This document shows positions 57,242 through 64,000 of a stretch of DNA of 64,000 bases, piece by piece. The notes beneath the pieces were generated by a model. The model ran no database searches and was not told where the DNA came from. It worked only from the letters and a program-made list of their open reading frames with translations. How positions within the stretch are numbered: the stretch's first letter is position 1; every line of letters begins with the position of its first letter. This DNA is from an uncultured Candidatus Saccharibacteria bacterium (GTDB taxonomy: Bacteria > Patescibacteriota > Saccharimonadia > Saccharimonadales > JAGQNJ01): positions 1,459 to 65,458 of the forward strand of contig CAYRRR010000002.1 of the NCBI GenBank assembly GCA_964426755.1, given 5' to 3'. The position numbers were made by a program, and so were the translations under genes.

Positions 57242-58666
57242 ATGTCAAGCAACGAACCAAATCCTACCGGTCATCAACCAATTATTGATGCAAGCAACAT
57301 ACCGTTTGTAAATAGCGGCGATATCATATTATCTGATCCGGAAAAAATAGAAGTTAACACCCGTGTGCTTGATCTCGGGCAGTTGACCCCAATGATAGAC
57401 AGGGGGGCTTTTCATGAGGCAACTGGACTTTGGGCTGACTTGGTGGCTACAGTTGAAATAGGAAAAGATACATCCATAGGCATCATAGATCGCCGACCAT
57501 ATCTGAAAGATGCTGGCTTAGAGAATCTTAACTTATTTTGGACTGGAATCATGGGGGGCTCTGAGCATATGGGTTTGTCAACCAGAGCCGATGTTCTTGC
57601 TGTCGTGCTTGCGAAGAAGCAAAGCGAGGATGGCGAGGGGACGATTGATATAGTCCGTGATGTAAATGGCGCGCCAATCTATGCGTCATTGAAATCTGGT
57701 GAACCAGTAGTAGTCGGACGTGATCCGAAAGGCAGTAAGGGATTATTTGTGCCAGAAAAAGACACAACCGTCTCTCGGAATCATCTCCACCTTGATTTTC
57801 ATGCAAGAACAAATTCTTTAATAATTAAAGATCTGGAGTCAACAAACGGTTCCTACCTTAGAACCGCGGTTTCAGAATATGCAAGTCCTGAAAGATATAC
57901 TGACCTCGATGAAAGGGCTGAGAATATTGCCTATTCAGCTGGCTTGCATGCCCTCAAGGGCTCTAAGGGTGACGAGTTAAAGAATAAAACAGAGCAAGCT
58001 GGTGAGTTGCATGAAGCAGCTGGGGCTGAAAGACCATTAAAGGGTGAGGATAGCTCACTTATTGATGTAACCAACGGATTATTTGGCGTTTTTGATGGGG
58101 CGGGTGGTCACGCTGGCGGAGCGGCAGCATCACAAGAAGCGGCTCGAGTAGTGTCGAGCGACGCGGACTTATGTGATCGCGTAATAATGAGCCCTGAAGA
58201 AGCTCAGAAAATCATGAAAAGTACAATGGTTCGGGCTAATGATGCAGTTACGGACCGGAGCAGTGCAGGAGTTACTACTGCTACGGTTGTAAAAATTCAT
58301 AAGTGGCATGGCCGGGAGTATGCGACATGGAGTTCTGTAGGTGATAGCCGCCTATATGTTTATAACAAAATGAATAACGAACTCCGCATGTTGTCACATG
58401 ACGAGGGAAGAGGACATATACTTTTTAATGCCATTGGTGACGGCGGGCGCACATCTGTCGATCAGATAGGGTCATTTGAGCTTTCACCCGCAGACACGTT
58501 AATGCTTTGCACAGACGGAGTAACCGGCGATTATGAAAACGATATTCTTCATGAAGATATAATAAAAAGTGCATTGTACTGGGGCGAGTCAGCATTAAAA
58601 TCTGCGGAAATGTTAGTTAATACTGCTCGAAAGCATGACGACAGAACTTGTATTGTAATACGGTAG
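57242..58666 (+). CDS. FHA domain plus PP2C/PPM Ser/Thr phosphatase fusion
   Basis: FHA: VVGR..VSRNH..DLESTNGS; PP2C: GEDS, FGVFDGAGGH, VGDSRLY, CTDGV, DDRT. Confidence 0.88.
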   Translation: MSSNEPNPTGHQPIIDASNIPFVNSGDIILSDPEKIEVNTRVLDLGQLTPMIDRGAFHEATGLWADLVATVEIGKDTSIGIIDRRPYLKDAGLENLNLFWTGIMGGSEHMGLSTRADVLAVVLAKKQSEDGEGTIDIVRDVNGAPIYASLKSGEPVVVGRDPKGSKGLFVPEKDTTVSRNHLHLDFHARTNSLIIKDLESTNGSYLRTAVSEYASPERYTDLDERAENIAYSAGLHALKGSKGDELKNKTEQAGELHEAAGAERPLKGEDSSLIDVTNGLFGVFDGAGGHAGGAAASQEAARVVSSDADLCDRVIMSPEEAQKIMKSTMVRANDAVTDRSSAGVTTATVVKIHKWHGREYATWSSVGDSRLYVYNKMNNELRMLSHDEGRGHILFNAIGDGGRTSVDQIGSFELSPADTLMLCTDGVTGDYENDILHEDIIKSALYWGESALKSAEMLVNTARKHDDRTCIVIR

Positions 58667-58701
58667 CTTGTTGCTACGCTCAGGATAAATTAAATAGACA
58701 A

Positions 58702-58974
58702 TTATTCAACGGTGACTTCAGTGCGAGGGACTGACTTGCCAGTAAAAAGTCGAATTTTACGGGTCTTAAATGCAACAATGCCATCTTTGGCTGCATGAAT
58801 GGTAAAGTTACGGCTCATGTACGTGCCGTTACCAGGCCGTTTAGTAGCACCAATTTGACGAACAATCACTTGGCCGTTTTTAACTTTTTGACCACCAAAT
58901 AACTTAACACCTAACCGCTGTCCCGGGCTATCGTGAACGTTTTTACTTGAACCACCTGCTTTAACTTTACTCAT
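58702..58974 (-). CDS. rpmA: 50S ribosomal protein L27
   Basis: KAGGSSKN..DS..QRLGVKLFGGQ.V..G.VIVRQ.G. Confidence 0.95.
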   Translation of the reverse strand: MSKVKAGGSSKNVHDSPGQRLGVKLFGGQKVKNGQVIVRQIGATKRPGNGTYMSRNFTIHAAKDGIVAFKTRKIRLFTGKSVPRTEVTVE

Positions 58975-58979
58975 TGTAA

Positions 58980-59133
58980 CCTCTTGCCAGTCAGCCTACT
59001 TGTCGGCAGAGTCGACAACTCTGCTGGCTTCTTGGTATATATCGGTGTCAGAAGCTACGGTGCTCGTGCATCGTGTGAATATACGACTTACTGCGCGCCT
59101 TACTCCTTCCTTGATATATATCCAAGCAAGAGG
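58980..59133. other. Highly structured intergenic element with nested inverted repeats (ncRNA, leader or MITE/BOX-like repeat)
   Basis: cctcttgc/gcaagagg ends; cttcttggtatatatc vs gatatatatccaagcaag; at least four internal hairpins. Confidence 0.55.
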
Positions 59134-59149
59134 CTAAAATACTGGGTTG

Positions 59150-60349
59150 TTAAGTTCTTATTAGTGTAACAAGTTCGCGCCCGACAATTTGACCTTCTCT
59201 GTGATAGATAAGTTCATCGTTTGATGCGTGAACAAAACTCATACGAGTATACCCCATATCTGTTAGTCGGTCAAGTACGGGCAAATGTTTAATGCCGTTT
59301 CTGGTGTGCCAGGCCGGTACCGCAATGCACATGCGAAAACCAGATACTGTTTGGCGAGCAACGTTTTGTAGAAATTTTTTATGAATGGTGTCGACATCTT
59401 GAATAACTTCACGTAATTTGTCAGGATGAGGCTCTGTAGAGAAGGGCCTGCCAAGATATGTTTCGGCGGCAACGCAGAGTTTGGTTAAGCTATTTTGGGT
59501 TAGATCGGAAATAATTATATCGGTGGCGTCGTTAGCGGAAAGCTCTTTGAGATTTTCATAATGTAAATCATACAGGGGTTGTTGTATTAACCAATCTAAA
59601 TTTTTCTTAGTATATTGAACCATACGAAGATCTATATCTGAGCCGATAACTTGAAGACCCATCAAGAGCGCTTCTTGAAGTATGACACCCGTTCCACAAA
59701 AAGGGTCGAGCACTATTCCATCGTTTAGTGGATTAGATAAGTTGATGATAATCTGAGCGAGTTTTGGTGGTAGCATACCCACGCGGGCATCACGAGCAGG
59801 GCGGGCCTGGTCACGAGCGGCATAGGCATCGATATCTTGCACTTGCACCGTTTGTGCCAGTATGGTTTTGTTGCCGTTTTTTATGCACAAAAGCTCCATG
59901 CCAAGTTCGGCAGTTAGTTTGTTTCGTAACACTTGGGCACTATTAAGCTCGCTGGCTTCGTTGGGTATGACTCGCATTGTGCGCCCAACTTCACGCGCTG
60001 CTTTTTTTACTTTGAGGCCGGTGGCATTAATTGCTTTCGGCGAAACGCTAAGTCCATACGTGCTTATGCCAAACTTAGCTTTGCCTTCAGGCAAATGTTT
60101 TAAATGTTTGGGCACGTTTTGGGTCAAGTAATTTTCAAGGGTTTTCCAGTCGGTGTAGGGGAGTTCGGTCAATGTTTTAGCAAGTTTGAGGGTGCCACCC
60201 AACCGTGTAAATGGGATATCATCGGGGTGTTTATTTAAAAACGCTGCAGAATCACTAATTGGCTTTACGGCTTGGGCGCCGAATAAGCTCTCGAGTTCAG
60301 CTAAACTCAATCCCTTTTGTCGGCCTAAAATACAAATACTCTCAAACAT
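59150..60349 (-). CDS. Trm11/RsmD-like SAM-dependent RNA methyltransferase
   Basis: GMLPPKLAQIIINL, VLDPFCGTG..LQEA, GSDID; ATG 60349 preferred. Confidence 0.85.
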   Translation of the reverse strand: MFESICILGRQKGLSLAELESLFGAQAVKPISDSAAFLNKHPDDIPFTRLGGTLKLAKTLTELPYTDWKTLENYLTQNVPKHLKHLPEGKAKFGISTYGLSVSPKAINATGLKVKKAAREVGRTMRVIPNEASELNSAQVLRNKLTAELGMELLCIKNGNKTILAQTVQVQDIDAYAARDQARPARDARVGMLPPKLAQIIINLSNPLNDGIVLDPFCGTGVILQEALLMGLQVIGSDIDLRMVQYTKKNLDWLIQQPLYDLHYENLKELSANDATDIIISDLTQNSLTKLCVAAETYLGRPFSTEPHPDKLREVIQDVDTIHKKFLQNVARQTVSGFRMCIAVPAWHTRNGIKHLPVLDRLTDMGYTRMSFVHASNDELIYHREGQIVGRELVTLIRT

Positions 60350-60371
60350 TCTACATACAGTATAATAGTTT

Positions 60372-61421
60372 ATGTCTATGGCGGAAGAGAAAAAACGAGC
60401 ACGACTATGGAAAATAGTTATTAATGTCATTACATTACTTGCACTAGGTATGCTTGTTTACTTAGTGAGACACGAGGTCTACGAAACACTACAGCGTATT
60501 GATGACGTATATTGGGGTGTCTTGCTGGTGATAATTCCTGTCCAAGCACTCAATTTTTATTCGTACACTTTGATGTATGAGGATTTATTAAACTTTTTAA
60601 AGGCGCGCATTTCACGCGGAAAGCTGTATCGAATTACATTAGAGCTAAATTTTGTAAATCATGTATTTCCGAGCGGAGGAGTATCAGGGTTTTCATACTT
60701 TAGTTTGCGTTTGCGTCCATTGGGCGTTACGACCGGTAAGTCTACGCTCATACAGATGATGCGTTTTATCCTTATTTTTGTATCTTTTCAGCTTGTGTTA
60801 GGTCTCGGTCTTATATTATTGGGGTTCTCTGGGGCAGTAAATAATTTTGTACTCCTTATTGCTGGCTCGCTTGCCACATTGCTGGTGGTTGGAACATTTA
60901 CGCTAGCTTATATTATTGGTAGCAAACGACGAATCAATAACTTCTTTACAGCCATTACAAAATTGTTTAATAAGGTGATTAATCTCTTTCGCCCAAGTCA
61001 TCCTGAGACGATTAGTATTGAGCGTGCTCAAAAAGCTTTTACAGAGCTCCATGAAAACTACACATTCATAAAAAGAGATCTTGGTGTGCTGCGCAAACCG
61101 CTGCTTCACGCGCTCGTTGCGAACGTAACTGAAATACTAACACTGTACATTGTCTTTGTAGCGTTTGGTTTTTGGGTTAATCCGGGCGCCGTAATTTTAG
61201 CGTATGCAGTCGCGAACTTTGCGGGCTTGATTTCTGTATTGCCGGGAGGGGTAGGGGTATATGAAGCTCTAATGACCGCCGTGCTGGCAACTGCAGGAGT
61301 GCCGCCAGGCATAAGCGTACCGGTAGTTATTATGTACCGAGTTATCAATACTGTGCTGCAGCTTCCTATCGGATACGTACTTTACCACAAGGCAGTCCTA
61401 GATAACGATATTAAGCTATGA
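60372..61421 (+). CDS. UPF0104 / lysylphosphatidylglycerol synthase TM (flippase-like) protein
   Basis: FVNHVFPSGG, LPGGVGVYE, YRVI...LPIG; about 8 TM. Confidence 0.88.
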   Translation: MSMAEEKKRARLWKIVINVITLLALGMLVYLVRHEVYETLQRIDDVYWGVLLVIIPVQALNFYSYTLMYEDLLNFLKARISRGKLYRITLELNFVNHVFPSGGVSGFSYFSLRLRPLGVTTGKSTLIQMMRFILIFVSFQLVLGLGLILLGFSGAVNNFVLLIAGSLATLLVVGTFTLAYIIGSKRRINNFFTAITKLFNKVINLFRPSHPETISIERAQKAFTELHENYTFIKRDLGVLRKPLLHALVANVTEILTLYIVFVAFGFWVNPGAVILAYAVANFAGLISVLPGGVGVYEALMTAVLATAGVPPGISVPVVIMYRVINTVLQLPIGYVLYHKAVLDNDIKL

Positions 61422-62527
61422 AAAGCGAGCCCGTATACTCTGTAAGTGACTTCGTGGCTGTATTTAATCAGGTTGTTGATGTTGCGTTCGGATCAATTAC
61501 TATAACGGGTGAATTAGCTCAATTTAGGGTTAGTAAAAATCGTTGGGTATACTTTGATTTAATTGATGAATACGCCAGTGTGCGTTTTTTTGGAACCGTT
61601 TACACATTACCCGGACCACTTCAGGACGGGATGACATTAGTGGTTAGAGGGATACCGCAGCTACATCCACGGTTTGGATTTAGTATAACCATACAATCTA
61701 TCCAGCTTAAAGGCGAAGGAACAATTAAAAAAGCTTCTGATTTATTGGAAGCACAGTTAGAAAAAGAAGGTTTATTTGCAGAAGAACGAAAACGGCCGCT
61801 ACCATATCCACCTCAATCAATCGGACTTATTACATCAAGAGAATCAGCTGCATATGCCGATTTTATAAAGATTATAAATGCACGCTGGGGAGGCTTGGAT
61901 ATCCAGCTTTATGATATTCAAGTGCAAGGTGAGCAAGCACCGTCGCAAATCATAAAAGGAATCAGCTACTTTAATGCTCATGCTGCACCGCCGGATGTTT
62001 TGGTGATTACGCGAGGTGGCGGTAGCGCCGAAGATTTGCAGGCCTTTAGTACTGAAGGCGTAACAAGGGCTATTGCGGCCAGCCGTATACCTACACTTGT
62101 TGCTGTTGGACATGAGATTGATATAACGCTTGCCGAGCGAGCTGCTGACAAACGGGCAAGCACTCCAAGTAACGCTGCAGAGCTGCTTACCCCCGATAAA
62201 AGGCATCAGCAAACGTTACTTGAGCAATCTTCGAAACAAATGTACCATTTTGCTTTGCAGGCAACCCACAACGAAAAACGAGCTCTTAAACAGTTGGGAG
62301 AAACACTTTCTAAAATGGTAGAGCATAATATGCAATGGTCACGCCAGAGGTTAGAAGTAAACCGAAAAACTATCGCGCTACTTAACCCACAAGAAATATT
62401 AAAGCGAGGCTTCGTAATTGTGAGTCAGCGTAAAAACGTAATTAATCGAGCGGCAGATTTAAATACAGAAGAAGCCTTTATGCTACGTTTTTATGACAAA
62501 GAGCTTACAATAAAACCAACAGACTAG
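61418..62527 (+). CDS. xseA: Exodeoxyribonuclease VII large subunit
   Basis: EGLF...RKRPLP, IGLITS, VQG, RGGGSAEDL..F, GHEID, STPSNAAE. Confidence 0.96.
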   Translation: MKSEPVYSVSDFVAVFNQVVDVAFGSITITGELAQFRVSKNRWVYFDLIDEYASVRFFGTVYTLPGPLQDGMTLVVRGIPQLHPRFGFSITIQSIQLKGEGTIKKASDLLEAQLEKEGLFAEERKRPLPYPPQSIGLITSRESAAYADFIKIINARWGGLDIQLYDIQVQGEQAPSQIIKGISYFNAHAAPPDVLVITRGGGSAEDLQAFSTEGVTRAIAASRIPTLVAVGHEIDITLAERAADKRASTPSNAAELLTPDKRHQQTLLEQSSKQMYHFALQATHNEKRALKQLGETLSKMVEHNMQWSRQRLEVNRKTIALLNPQEILKRGFVIVSQRKNVINRAADLNTEEAFMLRFYDKELTIKPTD

Positions 62528-62539
62528 AGAGGAGAATTA

Positions 62540-62725
62540 ATGAGCACATATCAAGAACTAGCCGACCAGTTAACGATAATAATGGATAAGTTACAAAGCG
62601 GAGAGCTTACGCTTGATGAAACTATCGAAGTATATAATGACGCCGCAGAAATTATTAAAAAAATGGAAAAGCAACTACTGGCAGCAGAAAATAAGATTAA
62701 GAAAATTAAAGACAGTCTTCAATGA
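62540..62725 (+). CDS. xseB: Exodeoxyribonuclease VII small subunit
   Basis: L..IMDKLQSGELTLDETIEVY...L..AE; follows xseA. Confidence 0.9.
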   Translation: MSTYQELADQLTIIMDKLQSGELTLDETIEVYNDAAEIIKKMEKQLLAAENKIKKIKDSLQ

Positions 62726-63249
62726 TCGAGATAGCTTGGAATATTGCACTCATCCTTTGTGCGGTCATATTTTTGGCTTTTACATTTGTTGTGGCATTCG
62801 GGGCGCCATATTTACCAATCCTTAAAAATCGAATACCTGAAGCACTCGATTTAATTAATCTTAAGCCAGGTCAAACTTTAATTGAGCTTGGTAGTGGTGA
62901 TGGTCGCGTTTTAGCTGCTGCTGCACAACGTGGTATACAAAGTATAGGGTATGAACTCAATCCGCTATTAGTTGTTTACTCTAAGCTCCGGCTTATCAAG
63001 TATCGTAAATTAACTCGAGTTGTATGGGGTAATTATTGGACCAAAAAATGGCCAGAAGCGCATGGAATATTTGTTTTTTTATTGCAGCCATATATGCAAA
63101 AACTGGGTACAAAAATTGAACAAAATTACCCTAAAGGCATAAAGCTTGTAAGCTTCGCGTTTACACTGCCGGATGCGCAACCCGTCAAAGAGCTGAATGG
63201 TCTATACCTTTACCAGGTGGGCAAACGATTGAAAAAAAGCCAACAGTAG
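62722..63249 (+). CDS. Membrane-anchored class I SAM methyltransferase (FAM173/aKMT-like)
   Basis: N-terminal TM, FGAPYLP, ELGSGDGR, GYELNP, VSFAF. Confidence 0.85.
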   Translation: MIEIAWNIALILCAVIFLAFTFVVAFGAPYLPILKNRIPEALDLINLKPGQTLIELGSGDGRVLAAAAQRGIQSIGYELNPLLVVYSKLRLIKYRKLTRVVWGNYWTKKWPEAHGIFVFLLQPYMQKLGTKIEQNYPKGIKLVSFAFTLPDAQPVKELNGLYLYQVGKRLKKSQQ

Positions 63250-63264
63250 GTTACCATTAGCGTT

Positions 63265-63942
63265 ATGAATAAGCTGCAAAAGCTTGGCGCCAATGATCGT
63301 GGCTCAATTAACACGCTTTTAATACCACTCATTATTACAATCATTCTTCTCATTGCGACAGCCAGCTTTGCAGTTTGGGCTTTCATGGAGCGTGCCGATT
63401 ATAAAAATAATGTCGAAGGCAAGGTTAAGACTGCGGTTGGCGTAGCTATAAAAGAAACCGAAACCAGAAAAGATAATGAGTTTCAGGAACGTGAAAAACA
63501 GCCGTTAACTAATTATCAGGGACCTTCAGCCTTCGGTAGCGTACTTATTAAATACCCTAAGAGCTGGAGCGCATATGTCGATGAAAGCGGCAGAAGCAGC
63601 TCACCGGTTGATGGTTATTTTCATCCTACAACTGTTCCCGGTATACAGTCAGGCACTGCATATGCTTTGCGCCTACAGGTTGTGGAGCGCTCATTCTCAG
63701 ATGAGGTCAAAAGTTTTGATAATGCGGTCAAACAAGGCAAGGTTCGTTCTCAAGCTTACGCTCCCGTAAACGTCAAAAATGTTGTGGGCGTGCGCATAGA
63801 GGGTGAAATTATACCCAAACAGCAGGGCATAATGGTATTACTGCCGCTTAGAGATAAGACAGTAAAGATTTACACTCAATCAAATCAATTTTTTAACGAC
63901 TTTAATACAAATATTTTGCCAAACTTCTCATTTACGCCGTAG
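63265..63942 (+). CDS. Membrane-anchored surface protein with pilin-like N-terminus and possible PsbP-like fold
   Basis: NDRG|SINTLLIPLIITIILL; coiled coil; IKYPKSW...F..IL..FSF pattern. Confidence 0.65.
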   Translation: MNKLQKLGANDRGSINTLLIPLIITIILLIATASFAVWAFMERADYKNNVEGKVKTAVGVAIKETETRKDNEFQEREKQPLTNYQGPSAFGSVLIKYPKSWSAYVDESGRSSSPVDGYFHPTTVPGIQSGTAYALRLQVVERSFSDEVKSFDNAVKQGKVRSQAYAPVNVKNVVGVRIEGEIIPKQQGIMVLLPLRDKTVKIYTQSNQFFNDFNTNILPNFSFTP

Positions 63943-64000
63943 CTGTACGCTGCTATCATTAAAGTGATTAAAAGCGAGGGTTAATGGTGCAAAATAGCGG

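Noticed and set aside
58984-59169. 61-aa + strand ORF over the rpmA upstream region
   Set aside because: TTG start, no SD or motif, antisense to both neighbours; RNA structure explains the region better.
495-63769. Numerous short antisense or alternate-frame ORFs in the ORF track
   Set aside because: They lie within well-supported genes and show no motifs; expected shadow ORFs.
1-64000. tRNA, rRNA, transposase, integrase, prophage, alternative genetic code
   Set aside because: None recognised by eye; TGA terminates genes normally (e.g. ftsE, xseB). tRNAscan and Infernal were not run.

Overview
A compact, gene-dense bacterial chromosome segment (standard code 11, TGA used as stop). Gene content and protein style point to Patescibacteria/CPR, most likely Candidatus Saccharibacteria (inference from DUF5663-like protein, short IF2, LID-less Adk, short ProRS, type-2 IleRS, class I LysRS and no biosynthetic pathways). 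It is mostly core genes for translation (rpsA, infB, fmt, def, rpsU, map, ileS, rplU, prfA, prmC, rpmE, rpsB, tsf, frr, proS, greA, lysS, serS, hpf, prfB, rpmA), division and envelope (ftsAZ, parAB, LCP, htrA, uppS, rseP, ftsEX with two coiled-coil PG hydrolases, S41 protease), nrdR-nrdJ, secA, pyrG and xseAB. I saw no rRNA, tRNA, CRISPR array, transposase or prophage. The most notable signals are non-coding: (1) an unannotated Pro-rich leader peptide with a complete attenuator upstream of proS; (2) an Ile T-box riboswitch with an Actinobacteria-type ultrashort stem I but a terminator platform, controlling cupin-ileS; (3) a highly structured ~155-nt element in front of rpmA; (4) pervasive leaderless or near-leaderless promoters. 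Also present are a 204-bp perfect repeat shared by two FtsEX-linked hydrolases (one with a circularly permuted M23 domain), a heliorhodopsin next to msrA, and an FHA-PP2C fusion. All calls are from manual motif reading; no searches or folding programs were run.
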